A DNA stretch of 63,790 nt, counting the filler, from Octopus bimaculoides (taxonomy: Eukaryota), in assembly GCF_001194135.2 (NCBI RefSeq). It is 6 parts of 6 records of this genome, joined end to end, with 100 filler letters (N's around TTAATTAATTAA, not from the genome) between each part and the next. Parts side by side here need not be neighbours in the genome. Positions count along the whole stretch, not along the records: positions 45,492 to 50,547 come from NC_068984.1; positions 50,648 to 62,646 come from NC_068990.1; positions 62,747 to 63,790 come from NW_026423397.1; 3 more parts are not named here. One strand, written 5' to 3'. The translations under genes and the position numbers were made by a program. The notes under the pieces were generated by a model. That model had not been told where the DNA came from. It ran no database searches and worked only from the letters and a program-made list of their open reading frames with translations. Below are positions 50,266-63,790 of this stretch, one piece after another. Within the stretch, counting starts at the first letter, position 1. Every line of letters begins with the position of its first letter.

Positions 50266-50445
50266 GTCACATGTCAATCAATAAAATTTTAGGCAATAAA
50301 ACGTCATCATATAAATAAGAGCGTCGTTGTCCTTTAGAGGGGAGACATACGTTTTAAGTGCACTTTTATGACGGTAAGTAATAGTACAAAGGGATATGGC
50401 GGCTGACGAGATGGAACTTGTCAATGTTGATGATATCTATCTATC

Positions 50446-50547
<102 letters not shown>

Positions 50548-52757
50548 NNNNNNNNNNNNNNNNNNNNNNNNNNNNNNNNNNNNNNNNNNNNTTAATTAAT
50601 TAANNNNNNNNNNNNNNNNNNNNNNNNNNNNNNNNNNNNNNNNNNNNGACCAAGGTTACCGTGGTCTTTTCCGTGGGCTTTTCCTTCCACGGCTAAACCT
50701 AAACTGTCCTCCCCTCTTTTTACACGAGAACATTACTGTGTGATACACGATCCCTATTGATCGGCCTTTCCTTTTCTTTTTTTTTCGATCCCTTTTGATC
50801 GAACTGCCCCTTTTTCCCTTCCTACGATCCCTTTTGATCGACACCACCAATTTTTTTTTTTTTTTCCTTCCTTCCCCCTCCCAAAAAGAAAAGCTCTACA
50901 TTGTATTTGTCCCATCTTCGTTGAGCCCTGTGTGGCTAATAAAAGAAATGTATCTATCATTAAACTAAACAAAAGGGTAATATTATAACAACATTCCTGC
51001 TTTATTCGGCTAATATAACACTGCTACGATCTAATTAATATTTTTGTACGCTGGTAATACTACTGCTCGTTGGCGGCCATATTAGCCATTTAATTTTGGT
51101 AAAGAGCTTAATTAACTGTAACGCTAACAATCATGTTAGCTATTTTATTACGTTAATGGTTTAATTAATTTCAGCCCTAACATGAATGTTTTTCTTCGCG
51201 TTCTAAAAGATAATTAAAAACTAATGTTAGATATTTAACCGTTTCCCAATCCGCCAATGAAGCATTGCACAATATCTATTAAAACACATGCATTCTCAGA
51301 AAACTTGTATAAAAAAAATGATAATAAATGTCTGTTGGGGTGGAGGAAAAACATTGGCAAGGAAAGAATAGGACTAAAAATGTATTTGCTTAATCTGCAA
51401 TCGCTTCTCCCAAATCGTCAGCAGCTTGCAATGAGTTATTCAGTTATTCGAAAGGTTTATATTCGTGCATTGTGAGAGCTGGTTTATAAGCATCTCAGAT
51501 TAATATCTTAGCGAATCGCACGCTTCGGAAATAAAAATAAAACGAAAAAAGAAATAATAGTTGATTCAGAGTGAAATAACATTTTATAATGCATAAATCT
51601 ACACGGGTTATGCTAAATCATGCAATACTATTTGCATGATGAATATTTCTTGCTGATGATAACCCAAATCCGCAAACAGACAGAACTCACTAAATATATG
51701 ACAGTAATACGTCAAATCCGCTGCACTGAAGTAACTCCTTTAAACAAACCAATAAAACGTACGGCAAACCTTGTTTCGAAATAAGGTTGACGGTTTTTGT
51801 AAAACAACGTCGTAAATTTTTCTTAGATTCTCTCCATGAATCTTTGCTTAATTTCTCGATGTTTCTCAATCTTTCTCGATTTTCTTTCTTTCGACTAATC
51901 CGATGAGTCGATTCTCACGATCTTCTTAATTCGTTGTACAGTTTCTTCTCATTGATTTAAGTAGCAGAATTTATTTATCAAATCTCATGTTAGAATTATG
52001 TATAAATTACAGCACTATTGACCTTTGCTGAGCATGTTGCAACAGAGATGCACTGCATGATATTTTCATTTTAAGAAAACCGAAAATCCAACTCTGAACA
52101 CGAACATGAAACGATATTAGCGACCGAGTCACTACATTCATTGCAGATAATGAAATTATTAACAGCTCGCTCAATGAATATTACCACTTCTAATATATTT
52201 TTCTTGTGGAAGAATAAGCAATGTCTATCGCTTGTGAAATTCCTTTGGAATTATGTCATATTTAGTTTAAATAAAATAGAGAAGACCCTAGTTAAACGCG
52301 TGTATGTACATAGATGCATTCCTCAGTTCATGCACGCGTCACATGCAAATGACATATAATTATGTATGTATGTATGTCTGTCTGTCTGTATGTATGTATG
52401 TATGTGTATGTATGTACGCATTTATATATGTGTGTATGTGTGTATGTATGCATGCATTTATGTAAGTATGTATGTATGTATGTATGCATTTATATATGTG
52501 TGTATGTGTGTATGTATGCATACATTTATGTATGTGTGCATGTGTGTATGTATGTACGTAAGTATGAATGTATCTATATATGTATGTGTATGCATGTACA
52601 TATGTATGTATGTATGTATGTATGTGTGTGTGTGTACGTACACGTACACATACATATGCATACATAAGCACACATTTACATACGAAGAGTAGAAGATATG
52701 TGAAGAATTGTCATTACTTTCATATGAAACTAACATAGAACACGCTGTTGGTATGTG

Positions 52758-52790
<33 letters not shown>

Positions 52791-52990
52791 CTGAGTACGC
52801 GCGCGTATATGCGTGCGTGTGCATATAGATAAAACCCTACATAGCAGACATACAAACATGAAGAATTTAACCATTTCTCCGAGGACTAAGTAAATGATGA
52901 ACAGCGTTAAACGAATTCCGAGCTCTACAGCTACTGGATTCTCAGCAGAGGTGCTTATATCAAATATATCTACACACACACACACACACG

Positions 52991-53078
<88 letters not shown>

Positions 53079-53893
53079 GGTCAGGACAGGTATACATAGG
53101 AAGGAAGTAGAAAGGTATGATGTGTGCAGTGGAGAAAGCAGGGTGTACACACCTCCACCTTCTCAACTAACAAGGCTGGTAGTCTAAGGTGATCAGGATG
53201 ATCCTGGAACTGTGGGGTTCCTTGATTGGCCCTTGTTGGAAATTGTCCTATATCAGGAAGACTGAATTGTAGTTTTATTGACATAGCCCTTCTCCTTGCC
53301 ATCTATGTACGCCTTTCCTCATAAGTTACATACTGCCCTTATAATATATTCCTCAACCTTATCCCTGTGGCAAATAAAATAAATGATTATCATTATGATC
53401 ATAATTATTGTTATTTTTGATATTTAGAAACAGGAGGAGGAAGAATAAGGAAGTGGAGGAGGAGGTGGGAGATAAGGTGTGGAGAAGAAGGAAGAGGAGG
53501 AGAAATATTATCTCCGTTTTGGATAATAATGTATTCGACACGAGTCGAATTTCGAAAGACCTGAGCAAAAATGATGGTCATCGTTCTCTAAAATGTCAAA
53601 GATCAGTGCTACGGTTGGAAAGTAGTTCATTTCTTAACGGAATTTAATTCTACAGCCAGAACTAAGAAATTATGGTTTACTGACCTCAGCTATTAACTTG
53701 ATTTGTATATGATTGTGTAAACATTCACTGGAAATCTTTTGTTCGGAGCCACCTTGGCAACGCTATTATGCTGGCTCTATTCTTCAAACAGCTCTTGTAA
53801 ATGGAGTATATAGAGCGAGCCAAAGACGAGGTTCTATTTATGATCGCTCGGCCTGCTAGAAATCGTTCCGAACTATCGTCCCTCCGCCCCACA

Positions 53894-53945
<52 letters not shown>

Positions 53946-53963
53946 CNNNNNNNNNNNNNNNNN

Positions 53964-54010
<47 letters not shown>

Positions 54011-55849
54011 ACAATGATGAGAAAATTTCTTTCTCCAGTCTGTTCTGCTACAACAAACTCTGCTTCTTCTATCCTCATGCCATCACTCGTAATGTGTCTC
54101 ACCTCCAGGTCCCATACTAACAATTGTTACAGTATTTCCTGGCCAAAACCTCAATATTTTTCACTACCCTTCTACCTATGTCTTCTCTCTTGGTAGAATA
54201 AGCCGCATCAATCTCTCTAGTCTGGAAAGGTATGTGGTGGTAACGACCAGAGCTCTTTCGTTTGATTAATCTAATATTCCTTCTCCAGAGCGTTAATAGC
54301 TTTCAATTCCACCTACGTTCATCCAGCAGTTCTGAACGCAAACTAAATATCAGCCACATGAATTTCTGTAACGTTGGACGGCCTACAAAATCATGGCCAA
54401 AGATCTATCTTCGGATTAAACAACTAAAATGTCATACTCAACATGGAAACTTTAAGTAAGACAATGTATATAAAAGCTGCACAGCTTTATATTACTGGTT
54501 GCAGTGAAATTATATTATATACACCTCTGGACGAGAGGTAGTTATTAAAATAAGAAATAAAAAGAAAGAAAAAGAACACAGAATAGAACCTTCTTTAGCA
54601 GAGGACTTATGTATGCATATTTTCATCTATGTTTTGTTTATGTTGTGTATCAGAAGCTGGCTTCATTGTTCTTGCACTATACAGGCTTAATGTCGTAGTC
54701 CCAAAGAATTTAGGGTTTACATAGACATCTGTTGAGCACTTCCATGGAAAAGTAAAATGCCTCACCAAGACTAAATATGATATGTCCTGAAGAGGAGATA
54801 TATGCTTTGTAACCTACAATATATACATAAGTGTGTGAATTTGCGTGTGTGTGAGTGCTTGTAAATGCATATCCTAATTAGAGCGGAAAATGCGTACCGT
54901 AATGACACCAAAGCATTTGGATATGCGTACATGCGCGTGTATAGACACACATGTATAAAATGTGTGTGTGTGTATATGTGTTGGTGGGTGTGTATGTGTG
55001 TGTGTGCGCGCGCGTGCGTGGGTGTGTATGTGTGTGTGTACGTGTGTGTGTGTGTACATAAAAAATTTTCGATGGAATCTAGATTTTAAAAATAAGCAAA
55101 AATAAATTACCTGAAATAGCTTAAAAAAAATTCGTATAAGAATCGATATCAATAAAGAAGAAATTAAATTAAATGGAAGCAATATTCGTTCTTATTTTTG
55201 TTTTTGAAGTTTATTGACTTCCATCAACACATGCCAAAAAAAAAACCCTGAACATTTTAAAAGTGCTTGTTTGAAATATTGTAAAAGGGAAGTTTGTTTA
55301 TATTTTTCTTTCCTCTACTCCTTACATAACATTATAATACCTGAGTGCATTTTAAATTCGTCTTTTGATTTACATCGCTCTCTATATTTGGATATGAATC
55401 CATTATCATCAGCTATCCATATTCAAAATGCTAAAAGTCGATTTCTTTTGCTGATAATTTTTTTTATTTCTGTGTTTAATTTGCATCTCAGATTCATCTG
55501 TTCTGACTTGCTAATCAACGACATTATACACCGACTGGGCTTTAAATTTAAAAGGCTCTTTACCGTTTAAGTACAAGACATGCGAATCAAGCTATTGTCG
55601 CATGCTAATGCTGCCTAAGCTACACATTCCCCACGTGTATACTCGATCCACTAATTTCTACTACATCTCTGTAACCTAAGCCTTGAACCCACAGAGATTG
55701 AAAATCTTTGCACTCTGTAACTTTACGCCGTTCATCATTAGTTATTTCCAATGCCGTAAAAGCTGATAATATTAATTGCATTTGCTCTTAGTCTTCTTCA
55801 CTTTAAACTAGAACGTGGAGCAAAATAAGCAGAAACCCGCAAAGCACAA

Positions 55850-56570
55850 TTATAATTCATCATCATCTGGTCGAACTTACTTGGATGTTTTTAATCCGCA
55901 CGCGGCATCCATTTCGGTTCTGCATTAATTGGGAGAATTCTTCAGGAAAGCATCCAATGTCTCTGGTGAGACACATACACCGTGTTCGGACGACTAGCTC
56001 AAGTACGGCCATGCTTTGGCATCTATAGCAGTATCTCACTTGCCAGCTTTTGTTTAGCTCACCAGCAATGTCCTGCAAAGCGCAAGAGCTTTTCCTTTCC
56101 AATGGTGGAAACAGACAGGAAATATCGAAACAGCTGGCTTTTTTCTGGTGGGATAAGTTCTCCAAGATATGTTTAAGACTACTATTAACAATCAGGTGTA
56201 AGTCCCACCGAACTTGGATTCCAGTTTGTTTGGTAAGCATGTGTGCTGTTGCTCCTTATAAAAGGACTGACTCTACCGCTGTACGGAAAAAAAATTACTC
56301 TTTATGTTGTCTGACACGGTTGATTTGCAACATCAAGTTTGCAACATCCAGTTTGTTTAGGGACGACAATACTTTGGCTGTCCGATTTTTACAACCTTTC
56401 CAGTTGAGATTGTTCCTGAACCGAGATAAGTGAAACCATTGACTTGACAGATGGGAGCAATGAATTTGGTTTTACTACAAATAACAAGTAGTCCAATATC
56501 ATATGCAGCTAATTGTTGACCATGAGGTAATTGGTTGGAGTTTGATATTGAGTCAGAGAACAAGACTAAG
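55850..56570 (-). pseudogene. RTE-clade LINE 3' fragment, frameshifted, (TGA)n tail
   Basis: FTYLGS; FFRTAVESVLL; LTRDIGCFPEEFSQLMQNRNGCRVRIK, similar to RTE RATVESVLLYG...L-x-RDTG...LM-x-DR-x-x-WR. Plus-strand TCATCATCATC at ~55857. Confidence 0.75.
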
Positions 56571-56989
56571 CCCTCAGCTTCGTCTACATCGGTTGCTTAT
56601 GTCTGGTCTGCCTTTCGCGAGTGTGAAACCGAGACAGTTATGTGGAGAGGTTACATCATCTCATTATATCTCCTTCTCCAGCATACATAACTTGCATCTG
56701 ATATGTATCTTACACTATTTAATGACAGTGTTACATGAAAGAAACATTTTTTCAATTAGCTAAACGAAAACATTCTCTCAGAAAGATGAATGGAATGTTA
56801 ACAAACTTTCACCTGGATTCCAGATCGTATTTCAAATCCATAAAGTTAACAATTTTTTCCAGAAATATTTCCTTAAATTTCCCTGGAGTTCGGCTTAAAG
56901 AAAAGGTAATTTATTCAATGACTTCAGTATTCTCAACACAAGAATACTGTAGCTATCATTGAAATAAGAATTTCAGGAACGCACACGTT

Positions 56990-58350
56990 CGAACCATTTT
57001 TGACGAAATGATGCGTACTCATCTTGTGGCATGTCAGGATCGAGAACATCTGTTACTTTGGAAAAGGTTGAAACATGAGGTAAGGATGATTTTTCAGAAC
57101 GGTAAGTTGGTGCTGCTGGATGTGAGAAGCAGTAAAGTCAGTGCATCCAGATTAGTAACGATTAACGCCCTTATTGATTAGAACGGCCAAAATTTCTTCA
57201 AGTTTAGTATACAGGTTCTTCTCTTTAGTATTGGGGCGGAAAGGTAGAAACTGAATTTTAAATTGGATTTAGCATAGACGAAAAGGTGAAACGTATTCAG
57301 AAACTTGTTCAGGCATTTCCAACAATCTGAAACGTCACTTTATTGCGCCAGTGTGGAAACAGAGTGGTCATAGTACAACGTAGAGAGTGTACCTTGATAG
57401 AATTTTCGTTGTACCAACAGTGAGTTATAATGTTAGGTTTTTACAAACTTGCATAGACTGGGACCTGGCTTCTGAAAACTGAACGTGTCATCACCGGCGC
57501 GATCTCGTAATGCCTCAGTTGAACGGGGTTGCCATGAAAAAAGTGGTGACTTACCGTGAAGAGGGTGGCTGGAGAAATTGTAGCAGAGAGAAAGAGAGAC
57601 TCTTTAGGGAAGAAGTAACGATAGAGAGGAATAAATTAGGCAGGATACTAATGAGAAAGTTGAAGAAATAATTAAGAAATACATATGGCCGCCGTGTTAG
57701 CAAAGAGAATGACTTTTGACCATTACTCCTACGGAAAATACGAAGGCTAATTTGCTAGAGCAAAGATACGTGCACTTAAACTCGGTGTCAACAGGAAGAG
57801 AAAGCTGCAATTCGGTCTTTGATACACTAGAGACGCTCGAAGAAAGCGATCGGTCGGAGATGGTAGTATACTTTAGCGGTTATCTCAAAAGTCTTCAACG
57901 GCTCCCGGCAGAAGATGCGAGCTACTACAAAAAAACATTAATGGTAGTTGATATACTGAAGGCGGTGAATGGTTGCACGTAGGGAAAATTGCCCAGTTTA
58001 GGTGGTCTGGACGATGAATTTTACAAATACATGCCAGACTTATTCGGTTATAACTTGGCAAATGTATACTGCAAATGGCAGCAAAACGGAAAATTTCAAG
58101 TTCCGTTAGTTGGTAGGCAATAGCACTACTGAGGTACAATGCCAACAAGTTGGGAAGGGGACGGAATAGATACTTTCCGATTTATAACTCTACTAAAGGC
58201 AAAGTTAAAAATATTTGTCGAGGTGTTAACAATGATGGTGTTACTCTCAAATAATTTGGTTGGGTAAGCAGAAAAATACGCGGCTCCTAACAGATCTATT
58301 CGTAAGAATCTTCACTTCATGCCATTATATCATAGATAGGTTGCCTAAGA
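56990..58350 (+). pseudogene. Heavily decayed L1/Tx1-clade LINE (endonuclease end and start of RT)
   Basis: LDRIFV (~57390); LPSLGGLDDEFYKYMPDLFGYNLANVYCKWQQNG (~57985-58090), similar to KSPG-x-DG...EFY; APNRSIRKNLHF, similar to PGRSI-x-DN. Confidence 0.6.
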
Positions 58351-58703
58351 AAACTGATTTCAGGCATCTCTGCTAGTAATACGATCTACATGTGCAATGT
58401 TATCCATGGCAGCGCCCACGTGTAATACGCATATTTACCGTATCAATAAATACATACATGCATACTTACTTACACACATACACACACATATCTGGCCATT
58501 CGTACAATCTTAAGTGAGTTAGCAACGGAGATATTCTTGATAAGCAGTAAATGTATATACATTGGGAAATCTTAGCATGTATGAGCGCGCGTGTATACAT
58601 ACATGCATGCATATAACACGTATAATATATGTAATATATCTACAAATATATATACACACACAGATATATATAAAATAGATAAAATATATATATATAGAAT
58701 ATG

Positions 58704-58734
<31 letters not shown>

Positions 58735-59851
58735 NNNNNNNNNNNNNNNNNNNNNNNNNNNNNNNNNNNNNNNNNNNNNNNNNNNNNNNNNNNNNNNNNN
58801 NNNNNNNNNNNNNNNNNNNNNNNNNNNNNNNNNNNNNNNNNNNNNNNNNNNNNNNNNNNNNNNNNNNNNNNNNNNNNNNNNNNNNNNNNNNNNNNNNNNN
58901 NNNNNNNNNNNNNNNNNNNNNNNNNNNNNNNNNNNNNNNNNNNNNNNNCACACATATTCCATATATATATATATAGAATGCGTCTCTCTCTCTCTCTCCT
59001 TATATATTAAATATAATGAATATACATATTAGATATATATATATATTTATGTATGTATGCATATATGTATACACATATATATACACACATCTATATGTAC
59101 ATGTTTATATATATATATGTACGCACACGCACAGAAGCAGATACAAACACACGCAAATACATATATATATATATACACATATATGACCGTATACATGAGT
59201 GTATATGTAGACATAACCTAGAGCTAACACAACTTGATTATTTCTAGAGACATGATATCGTGGCTAGAACATTATGGAATCTGCTGGATAGATCATTCGA
59301 AGAAGACAAATGAAGAAGAAGCGGTGATGCTGAGGGCATAATTTGAATGAGTGTTTGTGTAATGTCGTTGTCAAAACACCAATAAAATGAAAGCATAACA
59401 GACCAAGTACAACAATGGTCAAGAACACAGAAAAGTACCGAAACACAATTGTTGAAATCAGTTACACAAAAGACGCGAACATAATTTTAAAGAATTTTGA
59501 AAAAAATATTTATCTCTGCCGAACAATTGGAAAGACCTGCATTTATCCCTCTCTGTCTGAAAGCTTCGGTTTTGTACCAAATATATATTACGTGATTAGT
59601 AACGAGTGCCAATCTTAGGTACTGGGTGTCATAAAACCAGAAAGAACACGCCTGATCAGAAGGTTATAGCTACAAGCTGTCAAAGAGACTGTCAAAAGCT
59701 GTCAAATTTACTGTCAAAATATGTAAAACATTAATTTAATAACATCTACACATGCGATGCCATTTATATTTGCGCATGCGTAACACCTGTACGGATACCT
59801 ATGTATATGCGTACACGTATACATGCATATATAGACATACGAACGTATACG

Positions 59852-59889
<38 letters not shown>

Positions 59890-60173
59890 TGTGTGTGTGT
59901 TTGGTTTTACGCAATTGCAATGTGTCTCTAAATGTAAACAGAGGCCAGATGTGTATTCATTGGAAAGTTTTAGCATATATATATATGTATGTATTTATAT
60001 GTGTTCGTCTATGTATGTATGTATGTATGTATGTATGTATGTGTGTGCGTGCGCACGTATGTATTTTCATGTTTGGGTGTATCTATATACATACATGCAC
60101 AAATACATATACATACATATATATGTCTACATATACATACGTGAATATATTAATGTCTCTCTATCTGTCTACC

Positions 60174-60268
<95 letters not shown>

Positions 60269-61954
60269 CTGCACACAAATACATACACATATGCATATAT
60301 TTATACATATACATAGATTCATATATGATGCAAGCACACACATACATGCACAAAGACACACAAACACACACACATAAAGACTTACATAGTGTCAAACACA
60401 TTCTCTCACATATTCTAAAACAGAATTACTTCCTAAATTTATGCTGCTTCATATTAAGAAAGTTATACACCTGTGTCATTATATAAATGACAGTTTCATT
60501 AATTATAGAGAACAGCAAATCTGTTGTTAAATGTTAGATATTAAATGATTTTTTTCTTTCTTTGGAAATGTTATCTTCCATACCATGCAACTTGCTGTAT
60601 ATGTGTGAATGTGTCTGTGTGTGTATGTCTATGAAATTGAATATGGGAGTCTTTCCTTTTGAAAATATATTCTATACTATGGCATATATATTTATGTGTG
60701 TATGCGTCTGTGTGTGTGTGTGTGTACTAGTGTGTGTGTACGTATTATACATAATTTATGAAACGATGTGTGTTTGTGAAATTAAAAATATAATTCGTTT
60801 CTTTTTAAAACAGCATCCATACCACGTAATAAATTGTATTTGAAATTTAATGAAAGTAAAATGTCTCCCACTGCCATCTACAGAGAGAAAGAGAGAAAGA
60901 AAGAGAGAGAGAGACAGAGAGAGAGACAGAGAAGCAGACAAGCTAGATACAAAAGTACACACAAGTATATGTACACTCACATAAACGTAAACTCAGGCAA
61001 ACACATACACACATATATACGGAAACACTAACACACAAGCATATTTTCTTTTCATTCCGCTACGTTGTCACTATCTCAAATGTTTGACAACATACAAAAG
61101 CTAATTATTACATGTGAATCCTTCACTTGTAATCATTATTAAATTTACATTAATAAATAATTGTGATTAATTAATTATTTAATCTATAGCCTAATGTAAT
61201 AAAACTGCCTGACTAATTGAGACCGTTATGTTGGAAGCATTTCGAATAGGTCCGCGATTAAATGATAACTCAGTATTTTGTTGGTCTTTCTTCTTCAATA
61301 ACAAATGAATTATGGTTTCTTCTGCTCGTTCCCCTGACTAGTTTTGGAGACACTCAAAATCTCATATTCGATGCTCTTCTATCTCTGACTGAACAATAAA
61401 ACAAAAGTTCAACCAGAGGATATATANNNNNNNNNNNNNNNNNNNNNNNNNNNNNNNNNNNNNNNNNNNNNNNNNNNNNNNNNNNNNNNNNNNNNNNNNN
61501 NNNNNNNNNNNNNNNNNNNNNNNNNNNNNNNNNNNNNNNNNNNNNNNNNNNNNNNNNNNNNNNNNNNNNNNNNNNNNNNNNNNNNNNNNNNNNNNNNNNN
61601 NNNNNNNNNNNNNNNNNNNNNNNNNNNNNNNNNNNNNNNNNNNNNNNNNNNNNNNNNNNNNNNNNNNNNNNNNNNNNNNNNNNNNNNNNNNNNNNNNNNN
61701 NNNNNNNNNNNNNNNNNNNNNNNNNNNNNNNNNNNNNNNNNNNNNNNNNNNNNNNNNNNNNNNNNNNNNNNNNNNNNNNNNNNNNNNNNNNNNNNNNNNN
61801 NNNNNNNNNNNNNNNNNNNNNNNNNNNNNNNNNNNNNNNNNNNNNNNNNNNNNNNNNNNNNNNNNNNNNNNNNNNNNNNNNNNNNNNNNNNNNNNNNNNN
61901 NNNNNNNNNNNNNNNNNNNNNNNNNNNNNNNNNNNNNNNNNNNNNNNNNNNNNN

Positions 61955-62600
61955 TAGGTGATACAAGAAAGGGACAAAACATCCAGATAGACGATACAAA
62001 GAAAACACGGACAGGTCATTCGGAGTTTTCTCTCTTCAGTCGAGATTCAGATTATCTTTGCAATTTCGGCTGGTTATTCTCGATATTGCTCCAATCTGGC
62101 CAGCCCCAAGGAAAAACTAAGCTAAGACTATTAGATTCCTTGGAAGAAAGCAGCTAATGTATACAAGAACAAGTACGAAAAAAAAAACGAACAATGTTAC
62201 ACAAATACAGTAGGAATAATAACGGGACATAACAACAGATGTCTTTCGACTAAGGACGAATAAAATTAAGCTGATGTATATGGAAAGAAGGCCTTACAGC
62301 CGGGATACAAGATTTCACAGGCACAGGGAGAAATAACGATGTTGCACGCACAACGGCCGCCCAAAAAAAGAAAGGTCAGACTTGGCTGAACACCGGTCAC
62401 AGGAGAAGAGAAGAGAAAGGTAGAGGTAGGGGAACAAAAGAATTAGGGAGGCGCGAGAAAGAATGACAGGGACACAGTGAAGTGAAAAGTGGAGGGAGAA
62501 GAGAAGGCAAGGAAATGTGAGCGAGGGGGAACGAAAGAACAAACAGTGGAATGAACGAATAAGGGTGAAAGAGGCTGATAGACAGAAATAGTCATACAAG
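61955..62600 (-). repeat. Interspersed repeat, possibly PLE pseudo-LTR derived
   Basis: Related to 15600-15790. Contains the minus-strand hammerhead-like string CTGAAGA-GAG-AAAA-CTC-CGAAT. Confidence 0.4.
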
Positions 62601-62746
62601 ATTTAGAAAAATGTGTACTTACATATACGAGACAAAGTGTACATACNNNNNNNNNNNNNNNNNNNNNNNNNNNNNNNNNNNNNNNNNNNNTTAATTAATT
62701 AANNNNNNNNNNNNNNNNNNNNNNNNNNNNNNNNNNNNNNNNNNNN

Positions 62747-62782
<36 letters not shown>

Positions 62783-62980
62783 CATATATATACTTACACA
62801 CATTTACTGAAGCATAGACACACAGACTCATATATATTTCTATAACACGCACCATCGTTGAAATGCATTAGTCTGGCAGTAACTCGTAGTGTTGATTTCA
62901 CAGAATGACAATAATTGCCTATTTAACAATATATACACACGTTCATATATACACCTAAAGGGACATTTATACATACATAC

Positions 62981-63014
<34 letters not shown>

Positions 63015-63040
63015 GTGCGTGCGTGTATGTNNNNNNNNNN

Positions 63041-63092
<52 letters not shown>

Positions 63093-63311
63093 TCATATTT
63101 ACACATGTATATATGTCTGCGTATACATGTAGATGTGCACGCAAAAACAGGGGCATATCAATGTATGTTCGTATGTGTGTGTGTGTATGTTTCTGTGTGT
63201 GGGTGGTGTTGTATGTATGTGTGAGTGAATGTGTGTGTATATATATACATATATACATATATATGCATATTTATATATGTTTATATGTATGCACACACAC
63301 AGAGACACACA

Positions 63312-63416
<105 letters not shown>

Positions 63417-63790
63417 ATATCTATACATTTAAGCTTGTGCATGTTTAAATGTATAATACAAAACCGTGTCTTTCATAACATTTGAAATGTAAAATCTTAT
63501 GGTTTTCATATTTATCTTGGACTGCATGTTAATGAGAGGGAAATAGGGATTGTAAACGTTATGAAGTAACAATAAATAATTATTATAATGGTGACAATGA
63601 TATTAGCAAAAATCATCGCTAGAACAACAATTACGACATTAACTAGAACACGTGTATAATTATAGCCAAAGCGATATAAATGTGTTTGTGCATATGCACA
63701 TCTATCTATCTATCTACCTACCTACCTACCTACGTATGTATGTATGTATTTTTGTATGTATGTATGTATGCATGTATGTATGTATGTATG

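Noticed and set aside
51690-51930. Minus-strand charged open frame of about 75 codons
   Set aside because: It has no start codon, no usable splice acceptor and no recognisable motif. A purine-rich tract explains the lack of stops.

Overview
AT-rich, microsatellite-saturated, gapped animal genomic DNA. The repeat families and simple-repeat density point to a coleoid cephalopod, most likely Octopus; this is inferred from recall of these repeats, not from a search. Almost all ORFs in the supplied track are translated microsatellites or N-runs. The window is mostly decayed transposable elements: R4/Dong-clade, CR1, RTE and L1/Tx1 LINE fragments, a mariner fragment, a Tc1 fragment with DD36E spacing, piggyBac and hAT-Charlie MITEs, Penelope-like element (PLE) fragments, and at least four SINE families. 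The most notable items are (i) a structurally complete type I hammerhead ribozyme on the minus strand at 12419-12523, downstream of a PLE GIY-YIG ORF, plus several degenerate or variant hammerheads; (ii) a candidate unidentified spliced protein-coding 3' end at 46383-50265; (iii) a SINE family with an internal variable microsatellite, and closely spaced inverted SINE pairs. Five 100-bp N44-TTAATTAATTAA-N44 spacers mark joins of unknown size, so long-range adjacency is not secure. No rRNA, intact tRNA, CRISPR array or recognisable host gene was found.
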